A stretch of 64,000 nt of DNA from Massalongia carnosa (lineage: Eukaryota), in NCBI GenBank assembly GCA_965645245.1, contig OZ287071.1, forward strand, positions 1,860,001 to 1,924,000, in the 5' to 3' direction. Made by a program: the position numbers and the translations under genes. Positions 12,682 to 25,400 of this stretch are shown one piece after another. The notes under the pieces are model-generated. The model was not told the DNA's origin and searched no databases. It worked only from the letters and a program-made list of their open reading frames with translations. The first letter of the stretch is position 1; each line of letters opens with the position of its first letter.

Positions 12682-15600
12682 TGTCACGGCGAGGGCTAGG
12701 CTCAGCATGGTTAGCGCGATCAATGGAAAGATTATATCTTTGCTTTCGCTGTTGAGATTTTCTTTCTTCCTTGTCGAACGTCTTGTAAATATCCGATAGC
12801 CTACCTATAGCAAAGACTTCATACCACCTGATCTTATCTCATTGAGTCCGTCTCGTCACACTACGTTCGACCTACCCTATCAGCTGGTACGCCTTTGCCA
12901 TGGCTGAAGCATCGCCCCCGTCCCCATACATCGTTCCAACTCCTCCCGTTTCCGTGGGTTCTGCGGAAAATTTGTTGTCCGCAGTTCAATCTAATCCCAT
13001 AACCTGGCGTGCCTGGTATGAGTATATGCAGCGCCTGGATCTATTCGCCCACGATGCCAGTACGCATCTGGATACCAATGATGGCGATTTAGCAGAGGCG
13101 AATCACGCGATCCTAGATTTGAACAACAGACTGGCTGGCAGTAACGCGATAGCTGCCGAGCTTCGTGAACAAATACGATCCGCCCCCACCCTAGTCGCAC
13201 ATTCATCTCCGCGTTCAGAGAAACATCCTGATCCGCCTATGTACGGCGGAGACAGAGCCGAATTACGCACATGGACTACTCAGCTGCGTCTGAAACTCTT
13301 GATGAACGCAGATCGATAACCCACCATGCCAGGAAAATTAGCGTACGCGATAAGTCGTCTCAAGGATACGGCCTTGTATCAGATACGTCCTTATATCAAG
13401 GATGACGACACTATCGATCTGCGTGATGTTAGCGAGCTGATTACCAAGCTGGAGCTGGCCTTCGGTGATCCGGACAGAAAGGCCACCGCACAGCGAGAAC
13501 TTCGTCGCCTCCAGCAAGCAAACCGAGAATTCCATGTATATCCGGCCGAGTATCAGCGGTTGATCCCCGATACTGGATTCAACGAAGAGGCGAAACGATC
13601 GATCCTGCTAGAAGGCATTAGTAATGAGCTAAAAAGCGCCATCCTGACGCTTGATCTTCCGACCGACCTAGACGAGGTCATTCAGATTCTCCAGAAGATC
13701 GACAACCGCTACCGCGCCACCCAGGCCTCCATCCGCAAAGCTGGGACTGTCTTTAGCAACACATCACGATCTAGCTCTGCACCCACTATCGCCGCTGTCA
13801 GCAAACCCACACCCGCTCCCGCTCCCACCGTCACCACCACCACCAAAATCTCCGCACCCCCCTCCTCTGACGCCATGGATCTATCAGTATCTCGTCATCG
13901 AGGCCCTCTTACCCCCGCCGAAAAATCACGAAGAATGAACGAAGGATTGTGCATGTATTGCGGGGGATCTGGACATTTTGCGCAATCCTGCCCGCTATCC
14001 TCGTCCAAAACACGCCCGCGATTCCAAGTCTCTGAAATGGAACAGAAGACTGTTGATTTGGGGGGAAAAGTACAGTCTCCGAACTAAGTCGCGTTCGGAG
14101 ACCAACACGGAACAAGTGTATTTCAATATCAGCATTTTCCTTGTCCACCAAACCTTTGCCAGAAGAAGAATTAGATGGCAAACATTTGGTGATATCAATG
14201 GTTGTATCCATAGGTAATCGTCAAATAAAGACCTATGCACTAGTTGACTGTGGAGCATCTGGTTTTGCTTTTATTGACTCTTCGTTCGCGCGCCGTCATT
14301 CCCTGCCCCTATCCCCCTTGAAGCAATCTCGTATCCTCGAATTAGCCGATGGACAACCCATCTCCTCTGGTGAAATCACTCACCTAGCCAAGTTACGTCT
14401 TCAAATCGCCACGCATTCCGAGCCCGCTAACCTTCTCGTCACCAATTTGGGCCACTACCCCATCGTTCTAGGGATCAAGTGGCTACAGATACACGACACC
14501 AGCATACGATGGGCTGGAAACACTCTCTCGTTCACGTCACCATACTGTCTTCAGCACTGCCTCGAGAATCATGAACCCAACACTGTCGTCGGAATAAGCA
14601 ACGTTCCAGAACTTCGTGCAGAGAAGGAGCACCCAGCCGCAGTCACGAAAGTCACCAGTCCGGAACAACGAACATCCGCTTCAGACCAGCCCGGCCGGTC
14701 TGAAGGAAAGGGCGCTAAATTGAAGAGGTCTAGCGCTCCCTCCTTCGACCAATCAGACCCAGACCCAAGACCCAAGACCCCGCCCGAGACCGAGAAATCT
14801 GAGACCGAGAAACCTGAGACCGAGAAACCCGAGATCAAGAAACCCCTGAATATCTGCATGATAGGAGCCGCCCCTTTTGTCCGTCTTGCGCGGAAAAAGG
14901 ACTGCGAACTATTTACCGTGAACCTTAGAGACATTGAACGAGCCCTGACCCCGAAACCGGAAGTTGATCCCGCTACAATATTGCCGCCGGAGTATCACGA
15001 ATTTCTTGATGTATTTTCCAAGAATGAAGCTGATAAACTGCCCGAACGCCGTAGCTATGACCACACTATTCCGCTGATGGAAGGGAAAGAACCCACGTAT
15101 GGACCCTTGTATGGCATGAGCCGAGATGAATTGCTGGTACTGCAGAAGTATCTTACCGAGAATTTGGAGAAAGGATTTATTCGTTCAAGTTCTTCCCCCG
15201 CCGCGTCCCCAGTACTGTTTGTTAAATAGCCGGGCGGAGGCCTGCGCTTTTGCGTTGATTATAGAGCATTTAACGCTATGACTATCAAAAACAGATATCC
15301 CCTGCCCCTGATCAGAGAAACTCTAGACCGCCTGAGTAAAGCATGCATTTTTACTAAGCTAGATATAGTCGCCGCATTCAATCGCCTTCGTATGGCCTAT
15401 GGAGAGGAGTGGAAAACCGCCTTTCGGACAAGATACGGTTTGTTTGAATATCTCGTTATGCCCTTCGGGCTCGCCAATGCACCCAGTTCGTTTCAGCATT
15501 ATATCAATGATGTTTTACGAGAATATCTCGATATATTCTGTACCGCTTATATCGACGATATATTAATCTACAGTAGTTCCATGAAAGAACATAAGGGTCA

Positions 15601-18198
15601 TGTCACCAAAGTTTTGAAGGCTCTGCAAAAAGCGGGGTTACAACTGGATATTTCGAAATGCGAATTCCATGTAACGGAGACAATATATCTTGGATTTATT
15701 ATTTCGGATAAAGGCATTAAAATGGACCCTAAGAAAATAGAGACCATAAAGAACTGGAATACCCCGGAGAACCTCAAGGATGTGCAGGCGTTTATAGGAT
15801 TTGCGAATTTCTACAGACGGTTTGTGAAATCCTTTTCGAAGATTGCTGCCCCCCTCACCGCTATGTCCAAAAAGATTACGCCATTCGTGTGGACCGAAGA
15901 GTGTGCAAAGGCCTTTAAAATCTTAAAGGATGTGTTCTCCAGTGACACCATACTAATTCATTTCGACCCCGATAAGGAAAGCATAGTGGAAACAGATTCT
16001 TCCGACTATGTAAGCGCAGGAGTACTATCGCAGTATGAGGTAGAGGGTGTACTTAAACCAGTAGCCTTCCTTCCCAAAAGACTATCGCCAGCGGAGTGTA
16101 ATTATGAAATCTATGATAAAGAACTTCTGGCCATTATCAGAGCTTTTGAAGAATGGAGACCCGAATTGCAAGGAGCAGCACATCCAGTAAAGGTAATAAC
16201 AGACCATAAGAATCTCGAGTATTTCACTACCACCAAGCAACTCAGTAGGCGCCAGGCAAGATTGGCCGAATTTTTATCACGATTCGACTTTAAGATAGGT
16301 TACAGACCAGGGAAACAAGGAGAAAAACCAGATTCTTTGACTAGCAGATCAGGAGATCTTCCTAAAGAGGGGGACTTGAGACTGGAACATCAGAATCAGG
16401 TTGTACTAAAACCCCATAATTTCGAACTTCTGGCTAATAATCTGCCTCGCCTGACCGATATTACCAACGATGACGCTGATACGGATAATGATCTGGAAAC
16501 CGAACATGAAGACTCCGAGAAATCTATCGAGGAATTGATGAATCAAGGATACGAGCTGGACCCATTCCCCAATAGCATTTTGACTCTTCTTCGAAACGGT
16601 GCTAGCCATAGCAAGGATATAACTCTGGCCGAATGCGAAGACCGAGATGGGAGACTATATTACCGCGAACGCCTATACTTACCCGATTTCCATGATTTGA
16701 GACTCAGACTATGCAAGGAACACCACGATAGCCCTGTCGCCGGTCATCCCGGTAGAGCCAAAATTTTCGGTTTGCTATCTCGAACTTATTATTGGCCCCA
16801 GTACCATCATTTCGTAGCACGATACGTACAGAACTGTCACGTATGTTCTCGTAGCAAAGCTTCCCGTCATCCAAAGTACGGTGTGTTAAGACCTCTGCCC
16901 ATTCCTCAGCAACGCTGGAGAGATATTTCCATGGACTTTGTAAGCGGCATACCCGAATCCGGTAGTGACAAGAAAGACGCAATCCTGGTTGTAGTTGATC
17001 GACTCACCAAGATGAAGCATTACATACCGTGCAAAGAGACTACCAACGCTCACGATTTAGCCAAGTTGTATCTGCAGAATGTATGGAATTTACACGGCCT
17101 GCCCGAATCAATAGTCTCGGATCGCGGTGGGCAGTTCATCTCGGAATTCTGGAAGGCTCTATGTGAAAGACTAGGAATTAAGTCGGCCCTATCCACATCC
17201 TTTCACCCGGAGACAGATGGCCAAACGGAACGATTCAATGCAGTCATGGAATCATATTTAAGAGGCTACGTAAATTACATGCAAGATGACTGGGAAGAAT
17301 GTCTACCAATGGCAGAGTTCACTAGCAACAATGTTGATTCCGAGACCACTACGACAAGTCCCTTTCTAGCGAATTATGGCTTCCACCCCAGTCTAGGTTT
17401 CGAACCTCTCTCTCGCACCAACACCTCCCCAGAGCTCACCAATGCTGATGAATTTGCTACCAATATGGAAGAGATTAATGCCCACCTTCAAGATGAATGC
17501 GATTGGCTCAAGCTCGGTATGAATCCACTGCTAATTATCATAGAACCCCCGCCCCGTCATTTCGCGTAGGAGACGAAGTCTGGTTGAATGCTAAGAACAT
17601 CAAAACCAAGCGACCTTCTAAAAAGCTGGATTGGAAGAAGTTAGGAAGCTTTACAATCAAGCGAGTAGTAAGTAAGTATGCTTACGAACTTGATCTCCCC
17701 ACCTCTATGAAAATACACCCTATATTCCACGTTTCTCTGCTAGAGCCGGTTGCTCAAAACCCACACGATAGCCAAATTCCTCCACCTGCCCCGCCGGTTG
17801 AAGTTGAAGGTGAAGAAGAGTGGGAGGTGGAGAGTATCCTTGATTCGAGATTTTTCCGAAGACGACTGCAATATCTTGTTAAGTGGGCCGGCCATGACGC
17901 ACCTAGTTGGAACGAAGAAAAGGACATCACTCACTGCGAAGATTTATTACGAGAATATCACCAACTGAGGCCTACCAAACCAAGAGGTTCTCGCGGAGCT
18001 CGAACCTAAAGAGACCTGATGTCACGGCGAGGGCTAGGCTCAGCATGGTTAGCGTGATCAACGTAAAGATTATATCTTTGCTTTCGCTGTTGAGATTTTC
18101 TTTCTTCCTTGTCGAACGTCTTGTAAATATCCGATAGCCTACCTATAGCAAAGACTTCGTACCACCTGATCTTATCTCATTGAGTCCGTCTCGTCACA
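12682..18198 (+). mobile_element. Ty3/Gypsy chromovirus (MAGGY-like), degenerate
   Basis: 179-bp TG..CA LTRs (12682-12860, 18020-18198; 4 mismatches seen). Gag 12900-14087 (stop at 13317; CMYCGGSGHFAQSC). Pol PR(DCG)-RT(YIDD)-RH-IN-chromodomain, with stop at 15227 and frameshift ~17497. No matching TSD. Confidence 0.95.
14063..14102 (+). promoter_or_regulatory. -1 ribosomal frameshift signal (gag-pol)
   Basis: In-phase slippery heptamer G GGA AAA, 5-nt spacer, 10-bp stem GTCTCCGAAC/GTTCGGAGAC; the -1 frame is open into pol. Confidence 0.8.
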
Positions 18199-19462
18199 AC
18201 CAATCGGACTCCTGAAACGTCTCGAAAACGATGTGATAATGCCATAGATACCTGAATGAAGTTAATATTGTCGATAAAATAAACAATCCACAGGAGATGT
18301 AAGCTTATCTGGCATTTTACATGCCGGTGCTTCACCGGCTGCTAGGCTTTTAACAGCTAGCTTCTATTGATCAACTATAAGCTTTTGCACTGGAAAGGGA
18401 AATTTTCGTTGATGAGGGCATTCCTGGCATTCGGCCGTGCTAGTAGTACGAAAGCTAGCTTTTTCAGCGCGAGCTCTATTTTCTATTGATCCCCTACGCG
18501 AATCACATGATTTGCAGCCCCCGTCAACGAAAAGGTCATAAAATCCGCTTTACCTATCATACTAATTAATGTGGCGAATGAAGCTTTAAAAATATGACGA
18601 TCTCACCATCTGCATGCTTTTTGATGGATACATGCCAAGATTCAACCAGATTAGTGGTCATGCATTGCATCAATAAACATGAAGGCTGACGGGCATAATT
18701 AGCCCATTGAGACTTAGTCAACATCTATTCTCGTTCTATATAGTCTTTCTTCAAGGGCTGCTTTTAAAGCTTTTTTGATACTGTCATCGTATTGGAATTT
18801 GCCGAGATACCTGAATATTTGCGACCGGGTTCTTTTGCCTCCTGCTTACTAATTTCCAGATTAGGCAATCAGATGCTATATGCGAAAAGCTTCAGATATC
18901 GGCACGACTTCGGCAACTACGAGGAGGCAAAGGTATGCAGCAAAAATGCTACATTTCGGAGGCAATTCAGCTGTTCATGATCACTGGGTGTCTCGGTGTC
19001 TCCGGTCAGCAATAAGGTATATCTTGCCCAGCTGAAAAGGTTCAAAGGAAGCAGGTTCATGCATTTGATATAGGCCGAGATTGAGGCTCTGAAGCAGTAT
19101 AAAGAGACGGTAATTCCTCATGTAATTTAGCTATTCAGTCGTTCAGAATTCAGTTCAGCAGATAGCTAAATTTGGAGTATCTTCACTGGAAATACGGAGT
19201 ACCTGCATCACGTTTGCCAAGTACTTCTCTTCGCCTATCCTTGACAGCCCTAGACTTACGCCGCGGAATAGGTTGGGTTGGGTTGGGTTATTAAAATGAG
19301 AACCCAACCCAATAGGTTTTGGGTTGGGTTGGGTTATCGTTGGGTTACCGAACAGAAAAGGGTACTGATATATGGACACCCCATCCGCTACCTAGACACA
19401 CTCTCTCCTGCTACCTAGACACACCCCTTCTGGATTTTCAATCATTGTAGATTTATTATAAT

Positions 19463-19816
19463 TGTCACGGTGCGAGGTTAGGTAGGAATTCAGGTGGTGC
19501 AAACGTGTTACTTGATTGTCTAGCTAGGTGGACAAGACGTTCGACAAGGAGAAAAGAAACAGAAAATCCAAAGTGGGCGAGTATAAGACTCTGGCGAACG
19601 GAACTAGTCCCAATCCAGCCGTTGATCCAATTTCCCCAAGTCCCTAGCATGAAACTATCGCCATGACACTATTGATAGTCGGAACACTTACCTTTGCCCT
19701 GACTGAACCGTATTAAGCTTAGTTCCTTTCGGATCGGCTAACCGGCTAGTGCTTCGTTCAAGCAGCTAAAGTTGATCCAATGAACTAACTGGCAGGTTCC
19801 CAGTCACTCCATGACA
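19463..19816 (-). mobile_element. Solo LTR (354 bp) related to the 12682-18198 LTR
   Basis: TG..CA ends; 5-bp TSD ATAAT (19458-62, 19817-21); shares ttcttttctccttgtcgaacgtcttg-like core with the first chromovirus LTR. Confidence 0.85.
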
Positions 19817-20867
19817 ATAATGACTATCACAAAGTAAAATGTAGATTATAGGTAAAACATTTATTTCGTTGACGTCGAACTACTATAAAGACTATCACAA
19901 ATTCATATGCTATCTTCTATCGAATATCGAAGTATGTCGCCCATTCATCGCTTCCTATTCAAAACTCGTAAAGAAAGTCTCTCGCCATCTCTTCCTTTAC
20001 TCTCCACCTTCTTGTCACCCCCACCCTCTCTACCCCCCTCCTCTACCTCATCCTCTACCATACCCTCTTCCTCCTCCTCCTCCTCCTCCTCCTCCTCCTC
20101 ATCCACTACACCCTCTTCCTCTTCCTCCTCCTCCACCTCATCTACTAAACCCTCCTCTATTATACCCTCCTTCACCTCCTCGCTTGATGGAAGCCTACCC
20201 CTTCTTGTGCGCTTTGCAATCCTCTTATTCCTATCGCGTTTGCTCGGAAATGGAGTTTCTGTTATTGTAAGTTCGTTTCTTACTGTTCTGTTGAATAATT
20301 AGCTCAAGAAGACACGAAAGTAAGTGACTCGATACTTACATCTCGCGCTGAGACCTGCTCAACCTGCGATGACCCGATCTGCGTTAATTGGTCCTCGTCA
20401 TTGTTATCGTCTTCTTCATCACTAATGTAGACCTTCTGAAAAACCTGTGTTAGGTCTTCATGTCGCCTTTGCATCTCATTAGTTGTGACGAAGCGAGATA
20501 GTGAATAGATTTCTACCATTGCGCCACCTGTCCTTCCCGACCAAAAGGCACAATACTTAGTCCGCAGACCAAGCTCTATTCTACTATAACTGGGACTCCT
20601 GCTATGTTCGCTGTAGGTCCTGCCGTCCGCACCACGCTTGGTCGAACCGTGTCAGGGTCCTGAGGTCACCTGACATCAGACTAGCATCGATTAGGTAATG
20701 TGCCGAGGAACCGACTTTTCAGGGGTTATATAGAACTCCGCCCGAGTAAAGCTTTTAGACTTCGTCTGAAGATTTTGGTGTAGAACTAGGCTATTGAAAT
20801 TGAACTCGTTTTATCCCTCACACAATCTTCAGACCTACAATCAGAATCATTAGGCTAATCAGAAAAC

Positions 20868-22460
20868 ATGAACTCATTAGAATCATCCAGCAGAGATGTC
20901 GCTCCCTCGGGGCCGGCCTTCAACACTAGAGCTCGCTCCATGTCGCGACAATCGACACAGAGCATACCAGGCGAATATGAACCCGCCGACGAAGAGGTGG
21001 GAAATGACACTGTTTTGCCGACAAACAAAGACAAAGGCAGGGAACCGAAGATCGAGGCCCCGACCTCAGAACCGAAAATCGACATAAGCAATTATGCCAT
21101 TTATCGAAGTCTGACGGAAAGCAATCCGTCGAAATCAGCTATGATCATCAAGGTGGCCAATCGAGAAGAGTTGAGAAGGGCCCTTGTCCTAAAGGGAGAC
21201 GGCGACATATGGTACACTGTTCTAGCCGGCACGCTCCTACAACATGAGGTCTTGATCGAGAAATATCAGGACTTGAAAAAAAGAAACAAAGATCTAAAAG
21301 GTCTACAGGCAGAATGGACCCGAATGATAAAGAGCTGGGATCACGAGAGACTAGTATTTGAGGAGGATATCGCGGCTGAAAAATTGGAGACTCAGAAGGT
21401 CAAAGCGGAAAACTCGGACCTCATTCGTGAAATATCAGAGATGAAACGTCTAGCTCGCGAAGCTACTCAGACGTCGACCTCATCGACTGGTCAAACTGAA
21501 GATCAATCCGCCGTCGCTGCCCCCTTAAGCAATTATCGACCCAAAGGCACCAACCCGAAGGAGGCCCTCGACGGTTCCAACTCAGACGCCTATAGTGCAT
21601 GGGCGTTTACGGTGGAAAGAAAAATCAGAACCGACTCCCCAATGTACACTAGTGAGGAGTTGAAAATCGACTACGCCTTATCGCAGATGAAGGATCCCAT
21701 TTTCGACGCCATACACACCTGGGTAGTGGATGCCGGTCCCACTCTCTCTTTGAATACGTTCTTCAAGGAAATTGAGAGCTATCTCGGGATAGCATATTTG
21801 ACAAAGGACGCGAAGAAGGAATTGAAAGAAATAAGCATGAACAAAGATGAAACGGTGACTGAATACTATCATCGAATGTTCAAACTCTGGCAACGTGCAA
21901 AAACCCCCGCGGATGAGAGAATTGAGACGTTCAAGGACACCCTGCGGCCGAACATCGCGCTGTCTCTATTGGGACGGGACTTCATCAGTCTAGAAACCCT
22001 CTTGCATGAAGCCAGGAAAATCGAACAGGGAAGAAAGGAGATGAATCAGAAGTACGCGAAGTCGGAATCTCAGAAGCCCGCGAAAACGACGACTTCTCCT
22101 TCTTCTTCCGTCGGTCGTGGTTTAAACAAAACCACGACCGCCACCTCCAGTACCTCGATCACAGTCAAACCAAAAGCGACTACGACCAACTCCGCCATCT
22201 CCGCCAACCCGAACTCGAAATTCGGACAGGTCTCGACCAAACCGGAAGGATGGGTAGGAGCTTGGTACGAGGGGACGCTTCACCCGCCCAAGTTGGAGGA
22301 CGGGGAACGAGAGACTCTGTCACGACAGGGCCGATGTTGGTCGTGCAGAGGATCAGGGCATAGGGGCCGAGACCCCTGTTGCATTAGGCAAGCAGTGAAT
22401 CTCAGTAGAGTCGCCATTCGAGAAGACTCATCCGAGTCCGAGGACTCGGAAAAAGAATGA
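20868..22460 (+). CDS. gag: Retrotransposon Gag (530 aa)
   Basis: Coiled-coil N-terminus, retrotransposon-gag core, Zn knuckle CWSCRGSGH...C. Confidence 0.9.
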   Translation: MNSLESSSRDVAPSGPAFNTRARSMSRQSTQSIPGEYEPADEEVGNDTVLPTNKDKGREPKIEAPTSEPKIDISNYAIYRSLTESNPSKSAMIIKVANREELRRALVLKGDGDIWYTVLAGTLLQHEVLIEKYQDLKKRNKDLKGLQAEWTRMIKSWDHERLVFEEDIAAEKLETQKVKAENSDLIREISEMKRLAREATQTSTSSTGQTEDQSAVAAPLSNYRPKGTNPKEALDGSNSDAYSAWAFTVERKIRTDSPMYTSEELKIDYALSQMKDPIFDAIHTWVVDAGPTLSLNTFFKEIESYLGIAYLTKDAKKELKEISMNKDETVTEYYHRMFKLWQRAKTPADERIETFKDTLRPNIALSLLGRDFISLETLLHEARKIEQGRKEMNQKYAKSESQKPAKTTTSPSSSVGRGLNKTTTATSSTSITVKPKATTTNSAISANPNSKFGQVSTKPEGWVGAWYEGTLHPPKLEDGERETLSRQGRCWSCRGSGHRGRDPCCIRQAVNLSRVAIREDSSESEDSEKE

Positions 22461-25400
22461 TTCCTGATGATAGTCGCCATCAGGAATGTCGAGAAGTTTC
22501 ATTAAGGGTTGTTAGAGCATCTGTTCTTTCTGTCGATCATCTCGTTCCGGGCAAGCATCTTTTATTTAGATGTAGTATAGCCTCTAATGAAAATCAGTTG
22601 ATGATCGATAACGGAAGTGAAGCTCAATTTCTTCATGAATCCTTTGCGCGCAAAAGAAAACTAGAGACCATTAGACTAAAAAAAAGAGACAGGGTCAGAC
22701 TGGAACTTGGGGATGGAAAAGTCCATCAAATCATTGATAAGGCCGTTATCGTTCCCGTCAGAATCGGAGATCATGAGGAAAAGTTATTCTGCTATCTGGC
22801 CGACATAGGTAATCATACCTTGATCATCGGTGATGGATGGCTGCAGGAGCATAACCCTCACATTGATTGGGTTGAACGCACCATGACGTTCTCCAATCGG
22901 TGCGTCAGTAAGGGATGCGCACCTCGATCTCATTCAGTCTCAAAATTTGAATCCACAATCTTGGAGAAGGAAACGACTGCCTCAGCAAAGAACGAGGCCT
23001 TTGAAAATTTCGATATTCAGTCCCTCACCCCGAAGCGATTTATGAAACTTCTTCGAAGATCGGGTCATCAGACTTACTGTTTCTATCCGAGGGAAAAGCT
23101 CAACAAGAAGTTAGATAGGTACGAGAAGAAGCTTCTGACTGCTTCAAGTATCAACGCAGTCACCAGCGACGATCATGAGAAGTTCATGAAAGACAAAGTC
23201 GAATATACTCTGGAAGAATTGAAAAAACGAGTACCCGAGGCCTATCATGGCGAGATTGAAGTCTTCATGAGGGCTAAGGCAGACGAGTTGGCACCTCATC
23301 GAAAAGAGGATCACGAAATCAATTTGATGCCCGGGATCGAGCCCCCGTTCATCAAGAATTATCGGCCCATGTCCGAACAGGAATTGACCGCGGTAAGAAA
23401 ATATCTAGATGAGCACTTAGCAAAAGGGTTTATTCGTCCGAGCTCGTCAAAGGCGGCCGCGCCGGTACTATTGGTCAGGAAACCAGGCGGGGGTCTTCGC
23501 TTTTGCGTAGATTATCGAGATCTGAATAATATCACGGAGAAAAGTCGATACCCCATTCCATTGATCAGCGAGACATTGGCGAAACTCGCCAAAGCAAAGT
23601 GGTTTACTAAATTGGACGTCATTCATGCATTCAATAGGATGAGGATTAAAGAGGGACAAGAGTGGCTCACGGCGTTCAATACTCGATACGGTCAATTTGA
23701 ATATCTTGTGATGCCCTTCGGACTATGCAACGCTCCATCAACATTTCAGAGCTATATCAATAACTCCCTGCGAGAATACTTAGATTATTTCGTCACCGCC
23801 TATCTGGACGACGTACTGGTGTTCAGTGAAACAGAAACGGAGCACATCGAGCAGGTACTGAAGGTACTTCGTCGTCTGAAAGAAAGAGGACTTCAACTGG
23901 ACATAGACAAGTGTGAATTCTCTGTCTCCGAAGTCAAGTACCTCGGAATGTTCGTAGGGGTGAATGGCGTTAGAATGGACCCAGAAAAGGTGACGGCCAT
24001 ACTAGAATGGAAGACGCCCGCGTCAGTAAAAGAGGTGCAGTCCTTTCTTGGATTCGCTAACTTCTATCGTCGCTTCATTGAGCGATTCTCCGAAAAGGTG
24101 AAGTGTCTGACCGAGCTAACCCGCGGAGAGCAATATGTCACGAAAGGCGGAAAGAGACGCACCAAGTATCAAGACTTCGTGTGGACCACTGAATGTCAGC
24201 AAGCTTTCGAAGACATGAAGATTTCTTTTACCTCTGCGCCGATTCTTGCTCATTACGACCCAAGGCTAGAGACCTGGGTGGAGACAGACGCATCTGACTT
24301 CGTAGTATCGGGGATACTCTCTCAGATGCATGAAGGCGTTCTGAAACCCGTGGCTTATTTCTCGAAGAAGATGAGCCCCGCCGAATGCAATTATGAGATC
24401 TACGATAAAGAACTCCTAGCCATCGTAGAAAGTTTCGTCATCTGGAGACCGGAGCTAGCGGGAGTGGAGCAATCAACAAAGGTCTACTCAGATCATAAGA
24501 ATCTGGAGACCTTCATGACTTTGAAACAACTAAATCGCCGTCAAGTGCGTTGGGCTGAGATGCTGGCGGAATATAATTTTCGCATTATGTATAGACCAGG
24601 CAAGCAAGGGGGCAAACCGGACGCCCTCACCAGAAGAGAGCAAGATCTGCCGATGGACGCGGAGGATGATCGCACCAGATATCAATATCAGGTGCTGCTA
24701 AAAGAAAATCAGCTGGACGATGAAGTGAAACAGGACCTGAAGCTGTACGTGACAACCAGATCCATGGCCAATCGAGAACGGGTTGAAGAGAACATTACTA
24801 CTGACTCATCCGATCAAATCAGGGATGAGGAAGTAGAGGACTTGACGGTAGAGGAGTTCACAATCAATTCGAATGATGATTCGGATGCAGAAAAGCCTGA
24901 TGAATTATTAGAAAATCTTTTAGCGGAGGCATATCAAGAAGACGCAATGATTCAGGAAGTCATGAAGGCTAAGTTGGAAAATCTGAAGAAATTGCCCGAT
25001 AAAATTCTAAGCAACGGGCTGAGACTGGCGATGGGTGACTTGGAAGTCCGTCACGAAAGACTATACTACAAAACACGCCTCTTCATTCCGAATTTCGACA
25101 AGCTGAAGCTGCGTCTTTTATCGGATCATCATAATCCCCCGATGCAAGGACACCCCGGGTATCGAGGCATGTATGCCAAAATGCTGGAGAACTATTTCTG
25201 GATGTCCATGAAGGATGATTGTCGAAGATACGCTACTAACTGCTCTACATGCCGAAGGTCCAAGGCGTACAACGATCAGAAACAGGGACTATTAGCCCCA
25301 CTACCCATACCTCAAAGAAAATGGACAGACTTATCTCTGGACTTTGTAGTCAAACTGCCCAAATGTCACAGACGGGGCCGGACGTACGAAAATATCTTGG

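Larger units (their letters stand above)
12531..19140 (+). mobile_element. Heavily decayed pogo-like remnant split by the chromovirus
   Basis: ATG 12644 MSESYTIIEYRI resembles Fot1-like N-termini; 18199-19140 is stop-ridden sequence with weak pogo-like fragments; no matching TIR found. Confidence 0.4.

Noticed and set aside
19270..19350. Interstitial telomere repeats (GGGTT arrays; mirrored at 29710-29835)
   Set aside because: Mostly 5-mers rather than TTAGGG and placed symmetrically inside the hAT TIRs: subterminal repeats.
19869..20302. Pro-rich and Ser-rich plus-strand ORFs
   Set aside because: Shadow frames of a (TCC)n low-complexity tract encoding the acidic hAT tail on the minus strand.
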